From NCBI GenBank assembly GCA_905178155.1, contig CAJINV010000008.1, positions 1,054,001 to 1,118,000 on the forward strand: 64,000 nucleotides of DNA. The letters are read 5' to 3'. This DNA is from Amoebophrya sp. A120 (Eukaryota; Protista; Dinoflagellata). How positions within the stretch are numbered: position 1 is the stretch's first letter; each line of letters opens with the position of its first letter. The position numbers were made by a program, and so were the translations under genes. Positions 26,131 to 37,900 of the stretch are shown piece by piece. The notes under the pieces are model-generated. The model was not told where the DNA came from, did not search any database, and saw only the letters and a list, made by a program, of their open reading frames with translations.

Positions 26131-28303
26131 ATGTCCGGCATGCAAGGCAATAATTCAGAGGAAATATCTGATAGAAATCTTGCCGAAGCTTTGCGTCGCC
26201 CGCTGCTTGATTTTGATGAGACCTACAGGCAAGCGAATCTCTCCGAAGCACAGTCGACACGAACGGAAGCTCCGCGAGAAGATGAGACGAGACGTCGGGT
26301 TCTTGTTCCTGCCTCTATACGGACTGCGAGCGGGGGGCAAAGTGTCGCTCCCAGCACGGGATCCCCGCCTGCAACTGCCAGTTCAGGCAGCAGGCTGCAA
26401 GATGTACAAGGTCTTCGTCATCAACCCGAGTCTCCACAAGAACGAGATTTTGATGAAACGCCGATGGGAGAAGATGGCGCGGAAAATGCCGGCCCCGGCA
26501 CCGTAGACGAAATATCGTGTCTCGCAGGAGTTGCGACTGCTCGAAACGGCCTGTATCTGGTGCTGGTCGTGGTGGTGATCCGACTTGTGTTGCTTGTTCT
26601 GGTTTGCGCAAAGGTTTTTTCGGATTCACACGGTGGAGCTGCTGCAACAGCGGCACCTTTGACTTCGATATTCGGTGGGCTGCTAGGAAACGGCACCAGC
26701 ATAGATGGCGGTGGTGGACAATCTTCTTCCCCTGCAGCGACGGACCAGAGGCAGAGGGATGAGAAGCAAACTGCTGATGCCAGCAGTGGTGGAGCTAGTG
26801 GCGCGGCCACGACAATACCGTCTTCCGTTGTCGCACAGTACTCTGCGCAGCATGACCGGATGTATGTGATTCCGGTTGTAGACCAAGACCGTATACGCAC
26901 CGCAAACGTATCGTCCCACACGTAGTTTCTTACTACAAATCGGAAAAAATAAAAAAGAGGAGTAGCAGAATGTGAATCATTTGAGAAATTTGCAGGATGA
27001 AGGAAGATCGAAAAAGACCGGGTAAAGATCATCTGGCCCGTATCTTCTATTGCAATCTGTATGCAAAAAATGCGTGGTGCGATACTTTTGCACAGGATAC
27101 GGCAAAAGCGGTGACTTGCGAAGCTGTGGCTGGCAGCGTGCGACATTACTTGCTGTGGAGTCTACGGACCTATTCTTTCGTGAGAGAGCTATCAAGTTTG
27201 TGGACGACCGCTCGCATTCACGCCCTATCGACGGTGCGCCAGGGAGCACGGTAAATGCAACTGCTCGTGCGAGTAGCGGAATGGACGAGAATATGAGCAG
27301 GCGTGCCGCCTCTCTCTTGCATCTCGCCGAGACCGACAGAGCGCAAAGACCAATTTACGAGAGGCAGTACGGCGAAGAGGAAGCGTTTTGGTCATTCTCT
27401 AATGAAAGGAATGCCGCCGTGATTCAGCCGAGCAACCTTGAGATCGCTTTACACGCCTTCGTTGACGGGAATTTCGTTACCCGCGGAAGCTATGAAACGC
27501 TCCTCCCGTTGAGTGTCATCGAGAACGCACCTGTTAGTGTCTTGCAGCTGCCAGTCACATCATTCGGAAAAAACGAAACAGAGGCAACAGGAAAACCGCT
27601 GGTCACAACACGGGAAGAGCAGGACGGGGCGGATGGCCTTCTTGGAAACGTCAACGTCAACGATCAAGGCGCCACGAGATCAATTTTCAAAGACTTCGCC
27701 GCGACCGTTCTGAGCGCACGTACACAAGCGGCTGCTGATTCCACATCTCCTAGTCCTCAGCTTCCCGTAGTGCGCTTGGTCGCGCTGGAAAGACGGCACA
27801 TCACAGCCTTGTTGACCGCATTGGGCTGCACAGGTCGTCGTGGAGAGGACGACTCCAAAGAGCGGTCGTGCCACGAAAGAGTGACCCCTTACATCCAGGC
27901 GATGCGCGGATTTGACTTAGAAATCGAACAGCAATTACACGGTGAAGCTGTCGCGGAGACCGTTGCAAGGAGAACGCAGAAGGAGCTTCTCCCTAGTCAG
28001 AAAGTGCACGCGGGCGACCTGTACTTCGAGTTGGAGTTCGGTTTCCGTCCTCTTCGTGGCAATCACCCACCAGACACGAAGCAGACCAATTTTTCAGACG
28101 AGCTAGGTCGTCCTGCAAGAAATGCAACCCAGCTCGTGTTGCTCGCAATCACGCCTCGAGTGACGCCCTTTTCTCGAAGTGTCTGTGATGAGGGAGCCCT
28201 GGTTCATGATACTAACCGGGCGAGCAACAATAATTCCCTGCTAACGTTCTCACACCTCCTGGGACAACTGACCGGAGGGCCTGTGATGTCGCAAACGACC
28301 TAG
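26131..28303 (+). CDS. Type II single-pass membrane hypothetical protein; exons 26131-26893 and 27105 onward, probably continuing through further exons to ~28717
   Basis: ORF 26128 (TM LYLVLVVVVIRLVLLVLVC) and ORF 27050 join in frame once the family-B introner is removed. Protein-like segments at ~28302-28370 and 28535-28717 suggest extra 3' exons. Confidence 0.65.
26894..27099. mobile_element. Degenerate introner (family B, reverse orientation)
   Basis: TACGCACCGCAAACGTATCGT / GCGATACTTTTGCACAGGATA; eroded TSD CCGTA/CGGCA; removal restores the frame. Confidence 0.78.
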
Positions 28304-28790
28304 CTGCCGTTTCGGTCGCTGGTTGATGGTTCGGCTTACTTACCCCGAGTGGACCGAGTATCAGGTCACTTGGGAAGCTATTAAGGACGTGGTGACCGCC
28401 AATTAATTACAGAAAGTATGCTGCTCTCAGGCAGCCGCAGCGAAGTAACAAAACGAAAACTAAGAGAGTAAGAAAGGGAAAGTAGGCGATGGTAATGAAG
28501 TCCTGCAGGAGCATGAGATTTAGATGCACGACGGATGTTGAGGGACGAAAGGAGCGACGGTGCAGCCGAATGTAGTGTGAAGATCACCCCAGCCTCGTCT
28601 TGGAAAATATTTCAAGGGAGCAAGGGCGGAGAAGGAATCAGGAAGAACGTGCCAGCGTCTACAAGTGAGACGTCCGTAGCGGTGACTTCTGAAAAGTCAT
28701 GGTTTTGGATTTTTTGATGTTCTCCTATATGGTTCTTTGCTAGCAGAACCAAGAAAGCCGCAAGTTCCGGCTCTTCGCGGAGCGTCGCGA

Positions 28791-30098
28791 ATGCTGATGG
28801 CCATTACGATGGTGCTACCGAGACCTGCTGCTAGGTTTCGCACAGCTGCGCCGTCAGCCCGTTCACGTTTCGTCCATCGTCTTCTCGCTCTCCGAGGACG
28901 AGACCCGCAGGCGCACTTTGATGCGACTAATCAGAGGCGCCAGTTCGCAACCGACGTCTCGGAGCTTGAACAAAAGCCTCGCCACTTAGTATCGACCGAC
29001 ACCAGTGAAGAAGGTGAAGCGAGTCTCGCGTTGCCCACCGGTACCCTCGGTCTTCTAGCTTGCAAGACAGTTGCTTTCATGCTTTACATGCAGGCTGCGA
29101 ATAGGGTCGATCCTGATCGAACAGCGGAGGACGTTGCCGAGGGGAATCTGAATAAAGGAACTGCCTGGCGGCCGCTCTGCGCCAACAGCCATGTAGTGCA
29201 AGGACATCAATCTTGCGGGCCTAGTACCGCATCTTTTGTAGGCGATCACGTCGCGCTTGACAAATCCTGGTGGGATACACACTTTACAGCCAGTTGGGTC
29301 GGTGTTGCGCAGGAAGGGCGGCACTATACTCTCGCGACGAGCTCTTTTCTGCACGCCAACGCGCTCCACTTCGGCTGCAACTTTCTCGGATTGTTGTGCA
29401 CTGCCTCCGCAGTAGAACACCATCTGCGATCTGGTCTTTTCATGCTTGCAGTGTACGGCTCCTCCGCCGTCGCGGCTTGCACCTGTCAAGTCGGACTGTA
29501 CAAATTGATGAGTTCTACTAGGGAAAAGGATAAAGTCGCCCCAGATGAACATCACCACATTGAAGAAGGACGGGAACAACAAACTCAAAGGAACCCATGT
29601 GAATCTACGTTTTCCGATGACAATGTAAATGTTGCAGTAGAAGAAAGCAACGACATGTTGGAGGTTCGCTGCCTTGGCGCCAGCGGCGGCGTTTGCGGAC
29701 TACTTGGGTTCCTCGCCGCGCAACAGCCAGCAAAGCGGGTGTATTGGTTCGGGTGTGTCCCTATGCCGTTGTGGGTACCAGTTGCGACTCTGTTCGTCGC
29801 TGATGGTTCTCTGGCACTGTGGAAGCACTACGGCGCTCGTGCCTGCTCTAGGACGACGTCGGCTCCAAATAGGCCCGGGGGTCTTGGTAGAGACCAGGAG
29901 CACGACCACCATCGGGGGACGAGGTTTGGTGAAGGCTTCGGCTTACTAGGGGGAGAGTTGCAGCAGCGGGAGAACGAGATTCTTTACTCGCAAATCGACT
30001 CAGGAAGTACAAGAACCTCTTATCACATTTCGCATGGAGCACACGCCTCGGGCACGCTTTTTGGAATGCTTTTTGGTTGGATTGCTCTGTGTGTGTGA
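28791..30098 (+). CDS. Rhomboid-family intramembrane serine protease, probably mitochondrial PARL/Pcp1-like
   Basis: TSSFLHANALHFGCN (HxxxN), catalytic GASG, ISHGAHASGTLFG (HxxG). Arg/Ala-rich, acid-free N-terminus resembles a mitochondrial transit peptide. Confidence 0.9.
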   Translation: MLMAITMVLPRPAARFRTAAPSARSRFVHRLLALRGRDPQAHFDATNQRRQFATDVSELEQKPRHLVSTDTSEEGEASLALPTGTLGLLACKTVAFMLYMQAANRVDPDRTAEDVAEGNLNKGTAWRPLCANSHVVQGHQSCGPSTASFVGDHVALDKSWWDTHFTASWVGVAQEGRHYTLATSSFLHANALHFGCNFLGLLCTASAVEHHLRSGLFMLAVYGSSAVAACTCQVGLYKLMSSTREKDKVAPDEHHHIEEGREQQTQRNPCESTFSDDNVNVAVEESNDMLEVRCLGASGGVCGLLGFLAAQQPAKRVYWFGCVPMPLWVPVATLFVADGSLALWKHYGARACSRTTSAPNRPGGLGRDQEHDHHRGTRFGEGFGLLGGELQQRENEILYSQIDSGSTRTSYHISHGAHASGTLFGMLFGWIALCV

Positions 30099-31001
30099 TA
30101 CGTCGCGTCCCCAGTAGTTCTTCATTTGTTCACCATAGTACTCAGAGCAGCAGCAGTCGAAAGACCCAAGACCAGAACAGCCGTCGGGATCAGGCACGGG
30201 GAGTATGACGTCGGTAGGCAGTTGATCACGCGAACAAGTCGTTCGTGATAATTGCTTGTGGTCGTGATGATCCTCTATTGTGCTTCTAACGCGAGAGAAG
30301 GGATAGAGATAGACTACAATATCTCCAAGCATGATCATGATGTCTTATTGAGTGATACGCAACCGAAACCGCATCCGCAAGCCCCTCCTGGGCACACGCT
30401 GTGTCCAGCATTCTACCTAGCGATGAGGATCAGTCACTAGCGCCAGCGCTAGCACTATTTGCCAGTGCTGCCAGCATTGGTGTCGAGAGATTGCGCGCGT
30501 CACACTAATTGCGAGTGTGATCTTTTTGGACATCAACTACTTCTTCTTATCAATCTTATCCGAGGAAGTGCGCTCACTGAGCGCAATGGATGAATACAAA
30601 AATTTAGCACTCGTCTCTTCATGCCTTTCATCATCTTACTTTACACTTCAATGACAGTGGAGGTTCGCATCTTTTTTCGATCATACTTAGGCCGCGCTTC
30701 AAGTAATGCAAAAGTCCGACCTTTTTAGCTTATCGTACACGTCTACACTTCTTTGGGATCATCATCCCTCATTTTTTGGCTTGGATTCGTGTCTCTCATC
30801 AGCAACTGCTATGACTGGTGAAAGCGTGGTTAAGCAAATATACCAATAGAAAGTCAGTTGTTGGAGTTACAGAGGGGATGAAATAAAACGAAAAGGAAAA
30901 GAACGAAAAGTTTTACTAGCAGAAAAAGATCTTTTTGCAAAAACTATACGATAGTAGAGGAACAAAGAACTCCGCGGGGGCCGTTTCCTAGCAAGAAAAA
31001 G

Positions 31002-33803
31002 ATGCCAGAACTTGCAGAGGTCGAGTACGCACGGCGTCTGCTCGTGAACGCAGTAAAGGGAAAGCAAATCACGAAGATTGTGATGGACAAAACGTCCGAC
31101 ACGACAATTTTCAAGGGGAACGCGAAGGGGCACTTGAGCGTGCAGAATGCGTTGGAGTACTCCACCGTAGTCGACGTCCGCCGTCTTGGAAAGAACTTGG
31201 TCCTGTTTTCGACGAAGGAGCAGCAAGGCGGCGCGGCAGGTGGGGGCAAGAACGAAAAGGTGACGCAGCTGACCGCAGTGCATTTTCACTTCGGCATGAA
31301 GGGCTTGTTCAACATTTCTGCGACGGGGGCCGCCCTCGAGGATAGGAAGAACGACGACCTGAAGCCCATCTACTACATGAGCGGTAAGCGCAAGGCCTGG
31401 CTGCCCGACAAGGAACTGCTTGCCCATCCAGAAGAGAACGAAAGCGGTGAGGGCGGTGCTTCGTCTTCCGCAGCGGGGGCTGCAACCGCCGGCCAGAACA
31501 AGACCAAGACGACCGCGGCTAGGATGAAGCAGGACCAAAAGCAGGAAAAAAGCGACAGCAGCACCACGGTCTTCGATAAGAAAGTTGTCGCTATTGCTCC
31601 GGACTTCGGGTCGCAGTTCGAGTTTGAGGGTCAGCACTCCGCAGAAGGTGCAGAGGATTTCGTTCCGCTGAAGGAAAACCCATATTTGAAAAGGCCAGGT
31701 GCGAAGAAGAAGCAGGCTGGAGCCAGCATCCCCGCCACCGGTAAAAATATTAAAGCCGGAACTTCTTCTAAGAACAAAAAGGCTACTAAGGCCTCTACTG
31801 AGATGGAAGGGGAAGGCGAACAAGGCGCTGAAGAAGAAGATGAAGAGAGCTGGCCTCCGAAGCATTGGAAGATGCTGTTTGACACCGAAGATCCGAACTT
31901 GAAATTGGCCTTTGTCGACAGCCGAAAGTTTGCGAAGATCAAGGTGCTCCGGGAAATGGTGTTGCCGAGCAAAGGAGGCGGGGCCGCGGACGTGGCCAGC
32001 CAGATCGACGCACTGTGGGGAACTTTTTTCGAAGCGTTGAAGCCAGACCCGCTCGTGGCGATGCCCGATAGGGAGCAATTTCTGCAACTGTGCCGCGACC
32101 GCAAATTGCTCCAAACGAAGAAGTTGAAAACCGTCCTGTTGGATCAATCCGGGATCGTTTGCGGTATTGGAAACTGGCTAGCGGACGACATTTTGTATGA
32201 CTGCGACCTGTATCAAAAGCAATTATGTGCTTGTCATTCTGCGGGTCTCGTACAAATGAAATACAATGCAACGCTCCGGTTTGTCGTTCGTTGGTTTTTC
32301 AAGCGGTTTTGCTATGCCCAGCACGCGCCACGCGGTGATGGTGAGCCGGAATGCATGATACACTAGCGCCACAAAATTTTGCAATGCTTTTCTTTATATG
32401 TGGAGGTGCATTATCCTGCATAGGCTGGACTAATGATTTTAAAGCCTCTTACAGGTTGTTCACGTTTTTAGTTTTTTATCACAGCGTGTTTGGGTATGGA
32501 GGGGGGCAGTTGTTAGGATAAATTTTTGGACTCATGCAAAGTATTTTGTGACAGTGACACAAAGGTGGAACAACTTTGCAATTGCATCCTGTTCCAAAGA
32601 CGAGAGCGAGAAGCAGAATAAGTACATATTTGCAGCTGATAACCTGCACCCGCAGCGCACGGTTGGTTCCCTGACGGAGAAGGAAATTGAGAAGCTGCGG
32701 GTTTTATGCACTGCAAAAGTATCGTATTCGTATAAATGCATTACAAATTTCCTCAGCATGAGAAATAAAATTTGTAATGCTAATCTGCCTTGAGAACAAG
32801 GTTTGTAATGCAAGACTTGCATTAGCATTTATACGAGTACGATACTTTTGCACAGGATAGGTTTCCATCGAAAAAATCATCGACGTCAGCTGTAACCACG
32901 CCAACGCCGATATGGACGCGTCAGGTTTGAAATCGACAAAGTTGAAATGATTTGTCATGCATAAAATGCAAGGCATGAAGTGCCTGTCTTGCCGGGATGG
33001 CAAGTGAGGCCGACTGTCAGCCTGTTTGGGGTTTGAAATAGAGCTGCTAAAGTACCATGACAAAAGCAGTCGTCTGTGCCCAAACAGCATGACAAATTGG
33101 ATTCCGGTGCTCGGAAGATTTGTCATGCACCGCTTAGAAATTGGGCTTCCAACTGGTATCGATTTTATGCATTACAAGTTATTTCAACTTTGACGATTTC
33201 AAACCTGACACATCCATAGCCGACAGTACGCTGTTTCCGCGGCATTGGCTCTTTCACGTGCGCTGGAACGCGCGACCGGACAAGATCTGCGCGAAGCGCC
33301 CGCATCTGCAGTTGCTGGAATTGGACGGGCGCAGCACCATCATCGACCCCATCAAACAGATTGCGCCAGACAACTGCGCCAATCTGGTGCGCAGCGCGGG
33401 GGAGAGCAAGAAAGATGTGCGAGAGAAGCGCAGCCAACAGGTCGTGGTCGAGAAGAAGGCCGCTGCAATGAAGAAAACTCAGATTTCTCTTGCGGCGAAG
33501 GGCAAAAAGGCTCTTGCAGTTGCGGCAAGTACAAAAAAGGGAAATATTAAAGCAGTCGCGTCTTCGATGAAAGTTGTGAAAAAGCCAATGAAGCAAGCTG
33601 GCAGTGTGATGAAGCAGACGGCAGCTGCAGTTGCAGCAAAAAAAGCGAAAGCGATGGCGAAGCTACCCGCAGCGCCCAAGAGCAAGTCCAGGCCGAGTCT
33701 CATGGCGATGAAAGGGAGAGCAACACCGAAGCAGCCGCAGCAACAAGCCGCCAAGAAAGTAGGCGCCAAGAAGCAGGCCCCCGCGAAGAAGGCGAAAAAA
33801 TAA
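31002..33803 (+). CDS. mutM: Formamidopyrimidine-DNA glycosylase (Fpg/Nei family, plant/fungal zincless type) with basic C-terminal tail; exons 31002-32210, 32647-32704, 32865-32910, 33224-33803
   Basis: N-terminal MPELAEVE, RLGK, HFGMKG, FVDSRKF. After excising three introners: H2TH LLDQSGIVCGIGNWLADDILYDCDLHP and NADSTLFPRHWLFHVRW. Confidence 0.93.
32211..32641. mobile_element. Introner (family E, 431 bp, weaker TIR)
   Basis: TATCAAAAGCAATTATGTGCTTGTCATTCTGC / GCAGAATAAGTACATATTTGCAGCTGATA; TSD ACCTG; splits the H2TH DL|HP motif. Confidence 0.88.
32705..32859. mobile_element. Introner (family B, reverse orientation)
   Basis: TATGCACTGCAAAAGTATCGTATTCGTAT / ATACGAGTACGATACTTTTGCACAGGATA; TSD GGTTT. 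Confidence 0.92.
32911..33218. mobile_element. Introner (family F)
   Basis: ~55-bp TIR TATGGA..GTCAGGTTTGAAATCG.CAAAGTTGAAAT / ATTTCAACTTTGACGATTTCAAACCTGACACATCCATA; TSD GCCGA. Confidence 0.92.
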
Positions 33804-34977
33804 AAGAAGAGGACGGAAGCTGGTTTTTTTTTCAGATCTTTTTGTACTGTTCTTCTTGCCTCTGTAGTGACAATCATGGGTTTCTACTTGTTTTTGAAAT
33901 AAGTATCTAATAGTAATAAAATGAAATAATCTTCTAGAGTCAACTAAAAATGCGTATCGCTATCTTCGAATGTCTTCGTCTTCGGAAGAAAGGGGTACTT
34001 AACATGGTGTGCAGACAACAACACGAAGACTTTCATTGATATCGTCACAGACATAAGACGAATTATTAAATTCAAATTCGGAAGGACAGAAATCAAAAGC
34101 TGCAAAGGAGAGCAGGTTTATTCACCGTGTAAAGTAGTTTCTGTTGTTAGAGTACAACATGATCTATTAGTGTTTTTCCAAGCGAGAGATGAACAAAGGT
34201 CTTGACTTTCATTTTCTTTACTTACAGCGGTTGTCTTTGGTGTCACCAATCATAACTACGATCAAGAAACTGTGTGCTCTTTGCTCAAGAAGCTTCATCA
34301 GTATTGATGAGAACGTATTCTTCTTGTGAAGTGCTGGCGGTGCTATCAAGAAAAGCTGTTCAAGTAATCGAAAAAATCGCGCGGCGAAGAAGTTGTTTAG
34401 GTAAGTCACAAATGGAGCATTGTTGTAGTCACGACTGGGAATGCGCTGGTCATGATTCCCTAATGGACTTTCAAACTGGCCCCAGTTGCATCTATTGCAC
34501 GCCAGCAAAAGGAGGCAGCAACGGCTTAATATGAACACAACGACAGCGAAAAGATTGACCAAAAAAGCAAATTTTCTACGAATTTTAATTTTGACCACAG
34601 GACAACAAACATCTCAACAGTAGTTTTTTGCGATCGGTCTGGCTTTTGCTCGAAGTTCCCTCGCTCTAGCAAACTGCAAAACTTGTCATGGTAAAGATCA
34701 CCTCTTTTTTTATTTTCTCCCATTCCGCCGTTATTCTCGTCTGTTTATCTTTATGTTAGCGATTCATTCATGATTTGCCCACAACGCAGATGACGTTTTG
34801 CTAAACATGAAAATATCGGCAATTTAGAAAAAGTCTGCATCATCTCAATTTTAACAAACAATATGGCGATCTAAATCTTCCTCAGAATGTCGGTGTACCC
34901 GTATATTCATGTAGACCCCCGCATCTCCATGTTCATGTGGTTGTGAATCGCACAAATAAGTAGTGAAGACTACGACA

Positions 34978-37900
34978 ATGCTGCGTGGTGGTGGTGTCTC
35001 GCCTGGCGCGGGAGCTGAGGGCGGCGGGACTAATGATTTCATGGATCTAAGTCCGGGTGCGGGCGGTGCGCTGGACGACGATGCATTGCTCCCGCAGGAA
35101 CAGTTTCTCAACATCCCCAGCTTTCTTGGCATCGATCAACAGCAAGTGGAGGACAGCAGCGGGATCAACAACGAGAGTATCCAAGAAAAAACTGTGCGAT
35201 GCTATATCTAGGGGTGCACATAAAAATCAGCTGCTCTCAGTCATGCTGGCAGCATTTTCAAGATGATGATAAACAACGCGCACAACAGAAGATGAAGCAT
35301 CAATTTGAATTTGCGCATTGTTTTTATGAACAACATACTAGCTATTGACTCTCATTGATTCTATTTCTAATTCTAAACAAGCGCTAGTTCAAGACCGCAT
35401 CAGTCGCAAAACCTTCAAAAGTGAGTGCAACGTGTAGCACTATTTTTTTTTCGTGGATACAGAACTTGGTTGTTTCCCTGATCATTAATACCGCGGATCA
35501 CCAGGATCAGCGTGTGGAGCAGGTGCGGCTGCGGGGGCACCTGGGTGGGCAAGTGGGCGGGAATGACACGGTCATGGGAAACTTTGACGTGCCGCACCCA
35601 ATGACGCTTTCGCCCGTCATATCCTGCACAAAAACGCCCCCGTTCGGTGGTCACCAAGCGTATTAGTATTTTGCATGCGCAGGTACTGGTGCATGGTCTG
35701 CTACTCCAAGACTTGATCAGAAATATTTGCTCCTGTTCATCTGGGAGGTGATAGATAAAATCGCAATAATTTCAAGTCTCTGTCTCTAACGTCAGTCAGC
35801 TAGTTCTTGGTCAATGACTCGTGCTGGGGACGTTTCCAAGCAGGATGTCTCAACTTTGGGCACTACTCCCTGTACACGATTCGGTTTCAGGACGCCCTAA
35901 TTGACCACCAGGTGGGTGCAAACAACGCACACACGAACACCGTGAAGAAGGAGTTGCGGGTATCCTGAGTAAAAACGTACCCATACCAGAGTCAGGATGG
36001 GGATTTTGCAACACAAACCTAGGAGTTTTGTGAGTCACGCATTACAAGTTGCGCTATGCAGTGTAGTGCAGGTTAGCAAGTGCAGCCGCATCACAGATTC
36101 ATCTGCTCATCCTGTTCACAGCATCACAACTTCCAAAACACGACTGGAAATGGCTATCATGGGGATGCGCATTACAAGTCTTCCTGTCTTTGCAAATCTG
36201 CATTACAACTCTGGCGTGGGTACGTTTTTACTCAGGATAGCGGGAGCGCGGATTCCACGTTCGGTTCGAGATTTTCCTTGCGTATGAAATGTAAAAATGT
36301 CTGGGTCTGGAAGAGTCATGCTGTTTCTGCATGACACAGAAGGTCCGTCATGGAAGCTCTAGCATCACACGTTTCGAGAAGCTTCCGCAATGCCGAACCC
36401 GCATGACAAATCCCCCATTTTGGTGACAGAAAGTGAGCAGCTTTTGCTACCTATGCATGAGAGATTTTTGTGTGTTCTGAAATGCGCATCACAAGTTGCA
36501 TTCTTCCAGACCCAGACATTTTTACACTTCATATCGCAGACGGGACGACGAAAATCACCGAGACTTTGCCGGCCGAACCGTTTCAGCGGCGAAGCTTAAA
36601 GGGTGCACACAACCGCTACTTCTTTCGATGGAACTACCTGTTCCAATCGTTCGGGGTCCAGCATGCACCGAACAACGCTGGCACGACGCAGCTGGCGAAC
36701 GCAGACGGGGGTGGTAGCAGCTCGACAGCAGGAGCGCAGGGAACGGCCAGCGCTAGTGGTACCAACGCAGGCGGAAATAATCCCACCCGCGGAGGGGGCC
36801 AGCAAGAAGACGACCGGAACCACATCAAGGGCACCTTTTTGACCCAGTCCCTGTCGCGGAACGACGCCGAAAACAGGAAAAACAACTACGCAATGAATTT
36901 GATCCAGTTGTTGTACGAGTTTGAGCACGGACAGATAAACACCTCCGGATTCCTAAGTGCGTTCCACGCGCTCGAAGCCCATTTCAGGCCAGTGGGCAGC
37001 GGCAGCGACGCCCACCAGGGTGCTGGTGGATCCCTGCGCAGGCTGCGCGGCGACCGCAACCCCGGCCCACCGCCACTACGTCGGGGCATGCCAAACGGTA
37101 TGGGAATGTTCGAGGACCGGGGAGACAGCGGTCACAACAGCGGGCCTGCTGTGGAGCCGCTGCCGTCGACGTTCAATTATTTCCAGGAATTCATTTTCAA
37201 GTATAATCCAGACACCGGCGCAGCGCAAGCAGGTGGGCATAATAATTTCGACATGCTTGTGGATACTCCGGGGGACCATCCGAATTTCGGGAGCGCGCTT
37301 GGTCGGTTTGGTGGCGGACACCAGGAGAGCAGCAGCTCCGGCACCATGAAGCTACCCTTTAGTGACAAAGATCCGCCGGGGGTGCAGGATGAGTCCTTGT
37401 CCTGGTTTCTACGGGAACGACAGTTCCCCAACTTGCGCGTGGACCAGCGCGAGGCCCCGCAGCGGGCCATGCTGCTTGCAAGCATGATGGGTTACTTCAT
37501 GACGCAGAGAAGCAACCGCGCACGCGACGAGCGGCAGCAGCACCACCTTCTCGACCAGGACCCCGCGTCTATCGGCGGTGGCACGTCGATGAGAGGTGGT
37601 CCACTTGGTAGCATGTCGGGCGTCAAGGGTCTTTTCACCGGTGGTGGGCAGACCGTCGGTGGCTCCCAGTCTTCCGGAAAAAGCAAACCTATTGAGTACG
37701 AGCCGCGGTTCCCGGAAAAGTGGATCCGGTGGCTGCTGCAGACACTGCCCCAAACCGCAAGCCAATTGATAATGCGACAGGAGTTCACGAAAGAGGAGCT
37801 CCACGACCACATGCGCGCCTACTACGGCGCAAAGTGGCAGCAGCAAGCTGTCAAGGGACTCTCGGACATAACCAAAGCTAACTACCGCGACATGGCGGAC

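Noticed and set aside
36470-36538. Listed start of the 5998-aa ORF
   Set aside because: The first ~23 codons lie inside a family-A introner. The gene starts upstream (~34978) and continues past 54466.
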